64,000 bases of DNA. Origin: Octopus sinensis. Taxonomy: Eukaryota. The stretch covers positions 152,334,001 to 152,398,000 of the forward strand of contig NC_043000.1 of assembly GCF_006345805.1 (NCBI RefSeq), in the 5' to 3' direction. Below are positions 12,803 through 26,018 of this stretch, one piece after another. The stretch's first letter is position 1; the number at the start of each line of letters is the position of its first letter. Both the position numbers and the translations under genes were made by a program. The notes under the pieces were generated by a model, which saw only the letters and a list, made by a program, of their open reading frames with translations, was not told where the DNA came from and made no database searches.

Positions 12803-13605
12803 TAGGTGCAGGAGTGGCTGTGTGGTAAGTAGCTTGCTAACCAACCACATGGTTCCAGGTTCAGTCCCACTGTGTGGCATCTTGGGCAAGTGTCTTCTGC
12901 TATAGCCCCGGGCCGACCAATGCCTTGTGAGTGGATTTGGTAGACGGAAACTGAAAGAAGCCTGTCGTATATATGTATATATATGTATATGTACACTACC
13001 GTCAGAAATTAATTAGCACCCTTGATTTGCTCTTCACTCAAGATATGTGCTGTCACCTAGTGGCCATATCTCGAACTATTGCTTTGTTGCGAGTTCACTG
13101 TTGCGCAGAACGATGACGTAACTTTGTTTGCAGAGCAGTTTGAGAGTCTACAGCCTTATGATGTTGACATAGCAGTGCAACAACAACTTGGAGTGCGGAT
13201 GCAGACAAATCTTTCTCTGTTTAATAGATATAGGTAGCGCCTCGCAAGGACCGAAATCACACCATACTAAGTTTTCTCATCATGTAAGACGTTTTGAACA
13301 GCTCATAGGTTAATTGATTTAACCTATTTAATGTAGAAATTTGAGAAGTGCTAATTAATTTCTGACGCAAGTGTATGTGTGTTTGTTTGTGTGTCTGTGT
13401 TTGTCCCCCTAGCATTGCTTGACAACCGATGCTGGTGTGTTTATGTCCCTGTTACTTAGCGGTTCGGCAAAAGTGACCGATAGAATAAGTACTGGGCTTA
13501 CAAAAAGAATAAGTCCCAGGGTCGATTTGCTCGATTAAAGGCGGCGCTCCAGCATGGCCACAGTCAAATGACTGAAACAAGTAAAAGAGTAAAAGAGTAA
13601 AGAGT
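12803..13605 (+). mobile_element. SINE family A interrupted by a Tc1-like MITE
   Basis: head 12803-12993, remainder 13374-13605. Confidence 0.9.
12994..13373. mobile_element. Tc1/mariner-type MITE (380 bp)
   Basis: 26-bp TIR cact..cgtcagaaattaattagcac (2 mismatches), TA duplicated at 12992-12993 and 13374-13375. Confidence 0.88.
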
Positions 13606-13906
13606 ACAGAGCAGATTCAAATCATACAAAAATTATTTTATTTTACTCATCTAACTTTTTAATGTCCCTGCATTGTGTTAAAACTAACTTGAAAAAGAAT
13701 TGGGATGAGACGGACAGACTATTAGCCAATGTTATTTTGATCCTTTTGGCTACTAGATGAGACAACTCTAGGCATGTTTAGGCCTTATTGGAGCTCCTCA
13801 GTGAAGCATAGGCTCTTATTTTGAGAAGACATGTGATTAACAGAATAAAACACTTATTTAATATATGTCATCATAAAATGAATTGAAAGAATGGAAAGAA
13901 TGAGCT

Positions 13907-14125
13907 TACTCTTTTGCTCTTTTACTTGTTTCAGTCATTTGACTGCGGCCATGCTGGAGCACCGCCTTTAGTCGAGCAAATCGACCCCGGGACTTATTCT
14001 TTGTAAGCACAGTACTTATTCTATCGGTCTCTTTTGCCGAACCGCTAAGTGACGGGGACGTAAGCACACACCGGCATCGGTTGTCAAGCAATGCTAGGGG
14101 GACAAACACAGACAAACAAACATAT

Positions 14126-14168
<43 letters not shown>

Positions 14169-14333
14169 TACGACAGGCTTCTTTCAGTTTCCATCTACCA
14201 AATCCACTCACAAGGCATTGGTCAGCCTGGGACTATAGCAGAAGACACTTGCCCAAGATGCCACGCAGTGGGATTGAACCCGGAACCATGTGGTTGGTTA
14301 GCAAGCTACTTACCACACAGCCACTCCTGCGCC
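13907..14333 (-). mobile_element. SINE family A
   Basis: full-length reverse copy. Confidence 0.9.
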
Positions 14334-15019
14334 TTGTGCATCAGTTTTACATTTTTCTCTTTATGTTAGTTTCCGTATTATTAAAAGTCAAAAATTGCAA
14401 ATCTATCCTTTCACAGAATGGTTGATGACGTCAAAGGTGTACAGGAAGGGATTATTTTTGGTTTGGGATATAGAGGGATACTAGTGTGCTTTTTTTTATA
14501 TATAAAATATATTGTTTTTCATTAGAGATTTACATTGTAATATATATAAATATGAGTGTATGCATAGCTGTGTAATAAAGAAATTTGCCTCATAACAATG
14601 TGATTTGGGGTCCACTCCTACTCAGTTTGATCAAAGCTTAGTGAGTAAAAATTAGTAGATAGGAACTGTGCTGAGGGACCATTCCTGTTGTTGATTGGTT
14701 TAATACTACTATATGTCTCCAGAGTGAATAATTTCTTCCTTTCCTCTCATCTGTATTGGAGGCCCTAAAATGCTCGTGGGCATTACCCTTCTAATTCTGA
14801 CTGAATCATGTGAGTTGGGGACGAGGGATTATTGTACCCCATCACTCTACTAATTTGAAAAATTGCTTTCATTAATTGAGTATAAACACAGAAGTGTATT
14901 TTCACAATTAGAATCACTACAAACATAGGGTCTGATTTAGACCTTGCTATTAATATTCTATGTAGTAGCTAACTTTTAGCTAATTTTGTATTTGGTTTAT
15001 ATCTCTGTGAAACTTAGTG

Positions 15020-15190
15020 TATGAGAGTGTGCTGAAAAGTCCTTGGTTTTGGGTAAAAGGAAAGACAGTAGGATCACTTAATTATGATTTTATTCAACAT
15101 ATTTCCCTCTCACATTCATACATTTATTGCAGCAGTCCTTCAGTTTTTCTAAGTCCTCTAAAAGAACTTGGAAGCTTGGGCCCCCATCTT
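15020..15190 (+). mobile_element. mariner-like 5' end fragment
   Basis: TA-TGAGAGTGTGCTGAAAAGT TIR-like start. Confidence 0.45.
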
Positions 15191-15388
15191 GGCTTTTTGC
15201 AATATCCTTAAAGCCAGGAAGCTTTCAGCATCCCCCACCATATGTGATTAGGATTAGTTAGTAATACTTTACACATTTATTGGGTATATTGTAATACTAG
15301 AACCGATGTAGCATTGTGTCACAAATCAATGATTTCCTTAGCAATGAAGGATAATGCCTGAGATAATCTCAATATAATTTATGGTATA

Positions 15389-15772
15389 CTAGCAGTATCA
15401 CCTGGCGTTGCTTGGGTTTGTAAGGGAAATAACTATATAAGCATTTTTAGAGAGTTATAGCCAAAAAATAGCAAAAAAATGCATTAAAAATGGAAAAAAA
15501 ATTATGGTAAATTTTTTTTAAATCGTTGACTCATCGTAGACATTTTTAGAGAGTTACTTCCCTTATATAATAGCGAAAAAATGCATTAAAATGGAAAAAA
15601 AATGATGGTAAATTTTTTTTAAAATCGTAGACTCATCGTAGACATGCACTAATACCCAGAAGGGCTCGATATGAATCACGACTATAAGATACCCGGTTTT
15701 GGTTAAAATGTGGGAGTAGTTAGGAATCTAAATCGTAGGAGACACACACAACTTCACTTTTATATATAAAGA
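15389..15772 (-). mobile_element. non-autonomous Helitron, family H1
   Basis: 5' TC..TATATATAAAA, 3' hairpin plus CTAG; homologous to 24801 and 40624. Confidence 0.85.
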
Positions 15773-16040
15773 AGATTATATATATATATCACAGAAACCC
15801 TTAAGCATTATTCTAGTATAAGGTTACTAATGAAGACAATCATGCAATGTAAATATATGTAATAATGCAAATAATAAAACTGCTATAAATCATGAATCCT
15901 TTAACAAGACCAATCTTACAGGAATAAAAGACAGCTTAAGAAAATGAGACAACAACATTTAAAATATTCACAGTGAACAAGCCAATCAAATATGTATTCT
16001 CATCATCGGCTACTTAATGAATATCACTATGGTTTCAACA

Positions 16041-16124
16041 CTGCACACTGCAAAATGTGGGAGTAGTTAGGAATCTAAATCGTAGGAGACAGACAGCACA
16101 CAACCTCTCTTTTATATATAAAGA
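16041..16124 (-). mobile_element. Helitron H1, 5' fragment only
   Basis: matches the first ~85 nt of H1. Confidence 0.75.
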
Positions 16125-16208
16125 TTATAAAGCTTAGTCTAGCTCTCATTTGCAGCTGTGTAATTTCAATTTTCTCTTGAACAAATTTTGTCTTAATTGA
16201 TATTACCA

Positions 16209-16600
16209 TAGGAGTGGCTGTGTGGTAAGTAGCTTGCTTACCAACCACATGGTTCCGGGTTCAGTCCCACTGTGCGGCACCTTGGGCAAGTGTCTTTTAC
16301 AATAGCTTCGGGCCAACCAAAGCTTGTGAGTGTGGAAACTGAAAGAAGCCCATTGTATATATGTATATATATATGTGTGCGTGTATATGTTTGTGTGTCT
16401 GTGTTTGTCCCCCTAGCATTGCTTGACAACCGATGCTGGTGTGTTTACATCCCTGTACCATAGCAGTTCGGCAAAAGAGACCGATAGAATAAGTACTAGG
16501 CTTACAAAGAATAAGTCATGGGGTCGATTAGCTTGACTAAAGGCGGTGCCTCAGCACGGCCACAGTCAAATGACTGAAACAAGTAAAAGAGTAAAAGAGT
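16209..16600 (+). mobile_element. SINE family A
   Basis: family-A head, body and tail. Confidence 0.88.
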
Positions 16601-16928
16601 AATATGGATGTATACCAATGGTCTTGCTAACTTCTTAGTATAAGAGTAATTCATAACTTTTCATTTGTTTCTCTAGAGAAAGAACAACCAAGTAATCTTG
16701 GAATGTTACTAGTTTGAATGGACGAATAATAATTAAAAATGAATGATAGTGTTTGAAAATCATTTATTCAAGTATAAATGTTAATTAAATATTTGTTTAA
16801 TAAAAGAATTTTCACTACAAATGCAACTTTTTGGTGATAATATATTTGAAATTCAAACAGTCTTCTTTTGATCCCTCATCAAATTTCTAAAGATTGTTCA
16901 ATAATTTGTTTTTCTTTTTCTTTTTCAG

Positions 16929-17085
16929 TTGGAAGTTCCAACTTTTAACAATACACAGAATACTTCAAAATATTGTTCCAATATAGTACCAGACACATCT
17001 AGTTTCTTTACCTCGATTATGACCATAACTTTCAGATCAAATTCTGATATAAGTGGCAGTGGCTTTTTAGCAAGATGGAAAGCTG
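16929..17085 (+). CDS. CUBN: exon w5, CUB C-half (LEVPTF...YCSN...FRSNSDISGSGFLARWKA)
   Basis: tttttcag acceptor, gtgagt donor, phase 0/1. Confidence 0.92.
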
Positions 17086-17185
17086 GTGAGTCAGAACAAG
17101 ACAATATATTGTTATTTCAGTGAAATGAGTCTAGTGTCAATGGTAATGTTGCTTTCAAATTTTGTCATAAAGCCAGCAATTTTGA

Positions 17186-17363
17186 AGTGGGGAGTAAGTC
17201 AATTACATCAACCCCAGTGCTCAACTGGTACTTATTTTATCGACCCTCAAAGGATGAAAGACAAAGTTGACTTCAGCAGAATTTGAACTCAGAATGTCAA
17301 GCTGGACAAAATGCCATGAAATATTTTGCCATGCATGCTAATGATTCTGCCAGCTCAGCACCT
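17186..17363 (-). mobile_element. SINE family E, degenerate
   Basis: aaaggatgaaag.caaagttgac..cagcagaatttgaactcagaa. Confidence 0.65.
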
Positions 17364-17598
17364 TAGTGTAAATGATAATATTGAATTTCTCTTTGGGATT
17401 TTGTAAATGAGTTGATATAATGACATAAGATGAAAGATAAACTGAATATAAGAGGAATCACATGAAGTGTGCAAGAAAGATGACTGCACTGGTACTAGCA
17501 TATAATGCATGGGAACAATAACAGATGGGTAAAGAAGTACCAGGTCATCTAAGTTGAGGGAAGCTGTGGGAGAGGAAAGCCAAAAAAAAAAAAAACAT

Positions 17599-18000
17599 GG
17601 CGCAGGAGTGGCTGTGTGGTAAGTAGCTTGCTAACCAGCCACATGGTTCCGGGTTCAGTCCCACTGCGTAGCATCTTGGGCAAGTGTCTTCTGCTATAGC
17701 CCCGGGCCGACCAATGCCTTGTGTGTGGATTTGGTAGACGGAAACTGAAAGAAGCCTGTCATATATATGTATATATATATATATGTATGTGTGTGTGTTT
17801 GTGTGTTTGTGTTTGTCCCCTAGCATTGCTTGACAACCGATGCTGGTGTGTTTACGTCCCCGTCACTTAGCGGTTCGGCAAAAGAGACCGATAGAATAAG
17901 TACTGGGCTTACAAAGAATAAGTCCCAGGGTCGAGTTGCTCGACTAAAGGCAGTGCTCCAGCATGGTCGCAGTCAAATGACTGAAACAAGTAAAAGAGTA
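17599..18000 (+). mobile_element. SINE family A
   Basis: full-length copy. Confidence 0.9.
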
Positions 18001-18374
18001 AAGACAAAGAAGACATGGGTAGTAGCGGTGAAAACTAATTTCAGGATTTTGAACCTTACAAAGTATATGAAAGAGGAATACAGCAAAACAGTGTGGTGCT
18101 GTGCTGGGGGACATGCTGTTCAACACATGCAATTAATGGTAAATGGACATAAAATTTATGAATTTATGATGACAGTGACATCATTATTGTGAATCTCATT
18201 GTTATCACTGTCATCATGTAACTGACAATGACAATGATGATGATTGATGATGAGCTCCCAAAAAGATACCTCTCCACATAAAGTACCTCTCCTAGTTCAG
18301 CATATCAGAGTACTAATGAGTCTCAATCTCCTTTGCTGAATTTTTGTGGTTACCAAGTGATTATCAGGTTATGG

Positions 18375-18757
18375 TGGAAGCACTCCGTCGGTTACGACAA
18401 CGAGGGTTCCGGTTGATCCGAATCAACAGAACAGCCTGCTCGTGAAATTAACGTGTAAGTGGCTGAGCACTCCACAGACACGTGTACCCTTAACGTAGTT
18501 CTCAGGGATATTCAGTGTGACACAGAGAGTGACAAGGCCGGCCCTTTGAAATACAGGTACAACAGAAACAGGAAGTAAGAGTGAGAGAAAGTTGTGGTGA
18601 AAGAGTACAGCAGGGATCACTACCATCCCCTGCCGGAGCCTCGAGGAGCTTTAGGTGTTTTCGCTCAATAAACACTCACAACGCCCGGTCTGGGAATCGA
18701 AACCGTGATCCTATGACCGCGAGTCCGCTGCCCTAACCACTGGGTCATCGCGCCTCC
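18375..18757 (-). mobile_element. SINE family B
   Basis: TSD tatcaggttat / tatcaagttat. Confidence 0.9.
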
Positions 18758-19246
18758 TATCAAGTTATATGAGTATGTTCAATCCAAGGTCATTCACCTG
18801 ATGATGACACTTTTGCTCTCTCTCTCTCTCTCTTCATTCCTGTACCTGTACCTGTACCAAGGAAGGCCACCAATATTTGTGAAGAGGAAGGTTGCTCAGG
18901 TGTCCAGGATGAGTCATCATATGCCAGCTATTACAGTTCTAGTCCTTGACAATGCTGACAGTCTTGCTTGTCACAGACACTGCTGAGCAAGCTCACATGC
19001 TATTGATTGCAGTTGAAATGGTATACTAGATGGAAAGGTTTCAATTAAACCCAAGTAAAACCAAGGATTTGACCTTTAATACTGAAGACAGAGCCATGAT
19101 CACTGGCAGTGGAAAGACCCTCAAAATGGAGGATGGTTTCAGGTGCTTCAATACCTGGATTTCGTCTTCATTGCTGTGTGAGGCAGAAACATAAACACTA
19201 ATTCTCAGAAGAAACTGCTGGGTGGATATTATATCAGGATGCTCCA

Positions 19247-19640
19247 TAGGCGCAGGAGTGGCTGTGTGGTAAGTAGCTTGTTTACCAACCACATGGTTCC
19301 GGGTCCAGTCCCACTGTGTGGCACCTTGGGCAAGTGTCTTGTACTATAGCCCCAGGCCGACCAAAGCCTTGTGAGTGGATTTGGTAGACGGAAACTGAAA
19401 GAAGCCTATCGTATATATATATATATATATGTATGTGTTTGTGTGTCTGTGTTTGTCCCCCTAGCATTGCATGACAACCGATGCTGGTGTGTTTATGTCC
19501 CCGTTACTTAGCGGTTCGGCAAAAGAGACCGATAGCATAAGTACTGGGCTTACAAAAAGAATAAGTTTCGGGGTCGAGTTACTCGATTAAAGGCGGTGCT
19601 CCAGCATGGCCGCGGTCAAATGACTGAAACAAGTAAAAGA
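19247..19640 (+). mobile_element. SINE family A
   Basis: full-length copy. Confidence 0.9.
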
Positions 19641-19920
19641 AAAAAAAAAATATGGCTTAGGACACTTTGTGGATGGAAAGCATGAACAATGCTAATCTTT
19701 ATACTGGTCAACCATTTGTGACTACGAAAATTTGCCACTGACATTAATGACAATGCAAGACTGACAGATGATGATGAGGAGGATAATGACAATGATGACA
19801 AATTATGATGGTGACAATACCAATTGATTGTGGTGACAAATGAGTGGATAATGGTAATTGATGTTGAATATAACGACACATGATAATAGTGACAATGACA
19901 ATTGATTGTGACAATGAGGA

Positions 19921-20692
19921 TAATTTTTTCTACTCTAGGGCACAAGGCACGAAATTTTTGGGGAGGGGGCCAGTCGATTAGATTGACACCAGTATGCAAC
20001 TAGTACTTAATTTATCAACCCCGAAAGGATGAAAGGCAAAGTCAACCTTGGCAAAATTTGAACTCAGAACGTAGCAGCAAACGAAATACCTATTTCTTTA
20101 CTACCCACAAGGGGCTAGACACAGAGGGGACAAAAAGGACAGACAAACGGATTAAGTCGATTACATCGACCCCAGTGCGTAACTGGTACTTAATTTATCG
20201 ACCCCGAAAGGATGAAAGGCAAAGTTGACCTCAGTGCAATTTGAACTCAGAACGTAACGGCAGACGAAATACCTATTTCTTTATTACCCACAAGGGGCTA
20301 AACACAGAGAGGACAATCAAGGACAGACAACTGGATCAAGTCGATTATATCGATCCCCCAGTGCGTAACTGGTACTTATTTAATCGACCCCGAAAGGATG
20401 AAAGGCAAAGTCGACCTCAGTGCAATTTGAACTCAGAACGTAGCAGCAGACGAAATACCTATTTCTTTACTACCCACAAGGGGCTAAACACAGAGAGGAC
20501 AAACAAGGACAGACAAATGGATTAAGTCGATTACATCGACCCCAGTGCATAACTGGTACTTAATTTATTGCCCCCGAAAGGATGAAAGGCAAAGTCGACC
20601 TCAGTGCAATTTGAACTCAGAACGTAGCAGTAGACGAAATACCGCTTAGCATTTTGCCCGGCCTGCTAACGTTTCCTCCAGCTTGCTGCCTT
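19921..20692 (-). mobile_element. SINE family E with an internal ~184-bp unit in three tandem copies
   Basis: tRNA-like head (TGGAGGAAACGTTAGC, GAGTTCAAAT) on the - strand; units start at 20091, 20274 and 20460. Confidence 0.85.
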
Positions 20693-20789
20693 GATAATGA
20701 CTGTGTTTGTGTATTATTATTCATGAAATATAACACAGTTACCTATGTGGTATGTTATGTGATGTAATGTTTCATTATTTTCTTTACAG

Positions 20790-20942
20790 AATGTGGTAGT
20801 TATTACACAGAACCGACTGGAGTTATATCGTCCCCTGGATTTCCACTTGGCTATGAAAATAACCAAAATTGTTTTTATACAATCACGGGAAACAACAACA
20901 CCTATGTTCTGTTGACAGTTAAACATTTCAGCCTTCAAGGAG
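20790..20942 (+). CDS. CUBN: exon w6, CUB N-half (ECGSYYTEPTGVISSPGFPLGYENNQNC...)
   Basis: tttacag acceptor, gtatca donor, phase 1/1; missed by the ORF track. Confidence 0.9.
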
Positions 20943-21261
20943 GTATCACTATTTATATATATAAACAGTGTTTCTCTGTGTGTGTATGTGTGTGTGGATG
21001 TTTCTTATGCATTCAAAAACTGAGTTGTCAATTTTGACATTTAAGGTATCAAAAGATTCATTAATCTTTTGGCTACCAAATAAACTTTAATTTCATTTAC
21101 ATATTTTCTATGTTATCTCAATAACCATCTTTAGTCATTTGAAAGACACTGCTCTACAATGACCAGGTTTCATTAGAAAGTGAAAATAGTTTCACACTTT
21201 CAATTTGAACCAAAATTAAAAAGTGTTGCATTATGAGAGTTACAATGCCTACTCAAAAGTA

Positions 21262-21832
21262 CCTTGGATCGTAGGGCGATATGCTGTGCTTGAGGAGACC
21301 TATTGAGTCAAGTGCATCAAAATCAAAATCAAATGGAAATTGTAGTTGTGATCCCCATGCTGGTGGCACGTAAAAAGCACCATTTGAACATGGCCGATGC
21401 CAGCACCACCTTGACTGGCTTCTGTGTCAGTGGCACTTAAAAAGCACCAACTGATCGTGGTCATTGCCAGCCTCCTCTGGACCCTGGTCAAACCGTCCAA
21501 CCGATGCCAGCATGGAAAACGGACGTTAAACGATGATGATGATGATGATGATATGTATGTATGTATAGATACACACACACTCTCACACGCACGCACACAC
21601 ACAAACACACACACACACACACACACACATTGTAGATGTCATGAAACTGGCAGCCATGCTCGCTGCATGTAAAAGGCACCTATTACACTCTTGGAGTGGT
21701 TGGCTTTTGAATGGACATCCAGCTGTAGAAACCATGCCAAATCAGATTGGAACTTGCTGCAGTTTACCAGCTTCAATCAAACTGTCTAACCCATGCCAAC
21801 AAAGAAAGCAGATGCTAAATGATGATGATCAT
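21262..21832 (+). mobile_element. two family-C RTE 3' ends separated by (CA)n
   Basis: family-C UTR and (GAT)n tails near 21552 and 21832. Confidence 0.75.
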
Positions 21833-22117
21833 GACATTCACATATAAATGCTCCACATATAAGAAACATATTATGTTATATTATACATACATATATATGT
21901 ATGTATAATTTTTTCCACCTATTAATTGTGAAATCAACATTGTATAGAAAGAACCTGACCAGACAGATATTGATTATTTACGAGTAAGGTTGATGTTATA
22001 TTTTATTTGGATTGTTTGGCTAACACACAAACATCCTTGTGAAATTTGAAGACTCAAATTATTGTAGAGAAAGCAAAAATATATGATTTAATTTGACTTA
22101 TTTGCTCTCTGGTATAT

Positions 22118-22283
22118 TTACCATCTGTTTTCCATACTGGCATAGGTTGGATGGTTTGACAGGAGCTGGCAGGCCAGAGGGCTGCACCAGGCTCTAGTCC
22201 TCTGTTTTGTGCATGGTTTCTATGACTGGATGTCCTTCCTAGCACCAACCACTTTCACTTGGTGCCAGCGTAGGTGCTTTTTA
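22118..22283 (-). mobile_element. degenerate family-C RTE 3' end
   Basis: ggttggatggtttgac...ggatgtccttcctagcacc. Confidence 0.6.
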
Positions 22284-22409
22284 TTTAATATAGTCTTCTA
22301 TCTTAAGTCAAATATGTTTTTTTAAGAATGAAAAGACAACTGATAAAATTGAAAGCACACTATGTTTGCTATTTGACCAATATTATATCATCATCATCAT
22401 CATCATCAT

Positions 22410-22675
22410 CATGTAGTGTATGTTTGCAGCACATTGCTGACATTATAGGGAAACCTTCCTAATTAAGTGCAAGTTCTCCAGCTATCTTGCTACTTTCGTT
22501 TGACCAGCTTGTGATATTATTGTCCATCCACTGCATTCTTTACCTGCCTCTTGATCTATTGCCCTCTACTCTTCCTTCTCTGATAATGTCTTCTAGTTCC
22601 TTGCTTCTTTGAATATGGCCATAATAGATGCGCTTTTGTTTTTTCTCAATGTTCAAGAGTTGTCGTCTTTTGCCT
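22410..22675 (-). mobile_element. RTE LINE C-terminal fragment
   Basis: YYGHIQRSKELEDIIREGRVEGNRSRGR on the - strand. Confidence 0.6.
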
Positions 22676-22704
22676 ACTTGTTGTAACACCCATTCAATAA
22701 TATA

Positions 22705-23043
22705 TCATGAGGACTGGGTCCAGTGCCGGTGGCACATAAAAAGCACCATCTGAGCGTGGCCGTAGCCAGCGCCGCCTTGGCTGGCTTCTGTGCCGGTGGC
22801 ACATTAAAAGCTCCAACCGATCGTGGCCGATGCCGGACCCCCCCCCCCGGCACCTGTGCAGGTGGCACGTAAAAAGCACCCACTACACTCTCGGAGTGGT
22901 TGGCATTAGGAAGGGCATCCAGCTGTAGAAACTCTGCCAGATCAGACTGGAGCCTGGTGCAGCCCCTGGCTTCCCAGACCCCGGTCGAACCGTCCAACCC
23001 GTGCTAGCGCGGAAAACGGACGTGAAACGATGATGATGATGAT
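22705..23043 (+). mobile_element. family-C RTE 3' end
   Basis: family-C UTR and (GAT)n tail. Confidence 0.85.
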
Positions 23044-23254
23044 GAGTGTTCTTTGCAACTCTAAACAACGGTCATTTACTTAGCTGGATCTGTTGTCCAG
23101 CTGTATTGTCTCTCAATTTATGTGTCTTTAGTTTATGGGGCAGGAAGCTGATTGAATTAACTTTCACTTCTTTCAATCATCCCAGATGAATAAAAGGCAA
23201 AATAACTAACCACAACTGATTGTGAATTTAGTACTCTGAGTTACTGGATTAAAT

Positions 23255-24418
23255 GTGATAACACATAAAGACTTGTACAGCAGTACAAGCCATGTACAGA
23301 GATGAATTCAGGGTATAAGTAGGGGTTTACCAAGGATCAGTCCTCAGCCCCCTTTTGTTCATCATAGTGCTCCTAGCAGTAACAGGAATTTAAGATGGGC
23401 TGCCCCTGAGAGCTCCTTCATGCTGAGGACCTTGCTCTTATGGCTGAATCATTACCAAAACTAGATGAGAAATTTCAGGAGTGGAAGCAAGAGCTAGAAT
23501 TTAATTTAATCGAGCAAAAACAAAAGTCTTAGTAAGTAGGAAAGCAGACAAATCACAAATCCCTTCAGGTAGATGGCCCTGATTGATCTGAAGAAAAGGC
23601 ACAGGTAGAAACTCCATAAGCTGTACCATGTGTAAGCTATGAACACATAAGAGGTGCAGCAATATCAGAGGACATTTAACAGGGAAAATAGTTTTAGTGT
23701 AGAAGGTGAACAGGTACAATAAACACTAAAAATGTACAAAAAATAGACTCCACAACAGTGAGTATGCATCTTGAGAGAAAGGTTGGTCATAAGAGACATC
23801 AGGTGTGGTGTGCAAGAGAGAAGACTGTGCTGATATGGTCATGTGATGCATATGGTTGAGGACAGCTGTGTAAAGAAGTGCCGACCTCTAACTGTAGAGG
23901 GAACATGTGGAAGGGGTAAACCCAGGAAAATATGGAACGATGTGATGAAACATTATCTTCAAATGTTGGCCCTCACAGAGACAATGACAAGTGAACAAGG
24001 CCTTTGGCGATTTGCCATGCTTGAGAAGACCCATCAAGCCAAATAAAATCGTAGTTGTGGCTGGTGCTGGTGTCCCATAACTGGCATCCATGCTGGTGGA
24101 ATGTAGAAAACACTCTTTGAACATTGGGCTTCATGGAGGCAATGACTAGTGACAGAGACCTGTGGTGATATACTGTGCTTGACAAGATCCATCAAGCCAA
24201 GCAAAATCGTAGTTGTGGCCAATGCTAGTGTCACCTAATTGGCATGTTAAAACACTCCCATTACACTCTTGGAGTGGTTGCCATTAGGAAGGGCACCCAG
24301 CCATAGAAACCATGCCAAATCAGACTGGAACCTAGTGTAGCCCTACAGCTTACCAGTTTCAGTCAAACTATCTAACCCATGCCAGCATGGAAAACAGACA
24401 CTAAGGGATGATGATGAT
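23255..24418 (+). mobile_element. decayed RTE LINE (RT remnants plus family-C UTR)
   Basis: QGSVLSPLLF, GRGKPRKIW, (GAT)n tail. Confidence 0.75.
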
Positions 24419-24800
24419 AAAGGAAGATGTTCTGTTTTCAATATAAATGATAATTTTGATTATATTAAAGATTTACTACAGTAGAATAAAACTGCTGTTA
24501 ATCTCTTGGCTTGAGGACATGAATTTACGTCTTGCCTGACTTTGCCTAGCCAAGGTATTGAGCTTGCCATACCTCAATATACATTTTAGCTTTCAAATGC
24601 AGTGTAGGTCAGTACTATATTCTCCAATCACACTGAGTTTTCCTGTTAAGGCTGATTTATTTTTTTCTGCTTTGCCTTACATCTCTTATACTGATTATGG
24701 ATAATAAAATTCTAATAGAGAGATGATAAAAAAAAGTTGGTGCTTATCACCAACTGGCTTTCTTTTTGGAAATCCTGAAAATGACATAACCCTAAGGAAA

Positions 24801-25200
24801 TCTTTATATATAAAAGTGAGGTTGTGTGCTGTCTGTCTCCTACAATTTAGATTCCTAACTACTCCCACATTTTGCGGTGCAGTTTAACCAAAAGCGGGTA
24901 TCTTATAGTCGTGATTCATATCGAGCCCTTCTGGGTATTAGCGCGTGTCTACGATGAGTCTACGATTAAAAAAAAAATTTACCATCAATTTTTCCCATTT
25001 TTAATGCATTTTTGGCATATATAAGGGAAGTAACTCTCTAAAAATTTATTATTAAATCTCAGAATGTAAAAAGCTAGAGTAACACCCCCCCCCCCTTCGT
25101 GGTTAACCATATTGAGATGGCTATTATTCTTTACATCTCTAAAAATGCTTATATAGTTATTTCCCTTACAAACCCGAGCAACGCCGGGCGGTGCTGCTAG
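24801..25200 (+). mobile_element. non-autonomous Helitron, family H1 (400 bp, complete)
   Basis: A|TC start, cccg-agcaacgc-cggg hairpin, CTAG|T end, no TSD. Confidence 0.9.
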
Positions 25201-25521
25201 TTACATTATATAAAAATCTGCTGCCAAGAATGATGAGGCCATTAACTGTCATACCAATGTTCATGATGTTCAAAGCCTCCCTGGACCTCAAGTGGCCTGA
25301 ACTCTTTACATGAACACCACCCTGTACTTAACTCCATGTCCCCCTACATGGCCTTGCTATTTGCTTTTGAGCCAAATTAACTAACTGTCATATTTTGTTT
25401 TAAAGTAAAAGCTCTTGAATCGATTACTTAATTTAACCATTTGATCAGACACTGCATAAGGAGCTAAGGAATATGTTATGTGTACAATAATTCATAATGA
25501 ATATATTATAATAAATATAAA

Positions 25522-25904
25522 TAGCTCGTAGGAGTGGCTGTGTGGTAAATAGCTTGCTTACGAACCACATGGTTCTGGGTTCAGCCCCACTGCGTGGCAC
25601 CTTGGGCAAGTGTCTTCTATCATAGCCTCGGGCCGACCAAAGCCTTGTGAGTGGATTTGGTAGACGGAAACTGAAAGAAACTCGTTGTATATATGTATAT
25701 ATATATGTTTGTGTATTGTGTTTGTCCCCCCCAACATCGCTTGACAACCGATGCTGGAGTGTTTACGTCCCCGTAACTTAGCTGTTTGGTAAAAGAGACC
25801 GATAGAATAAGTACTGGGCTTACAAAGAATAAGTCCTGGGGGTTGATTTGCTCGACTAAAGGCGGTGCTCCAGCATGGCCACAGTCAAATGACTGAAACA
25901 AGTA
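25522..25904 (+). mobile_element. SINE family A
   Basis: ends 114 nt before exon w7. Confidence 0.88.
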
Positions 25905-26018
25905 TATGAGTAAATGAGCTGTTAGTTTTTAATACATGCTTATTATATTATATTAATGCATTATATTATTATATTATTTAATACATGCGTATTGATATGT
26001 GTGGACTATTTATTCCAG

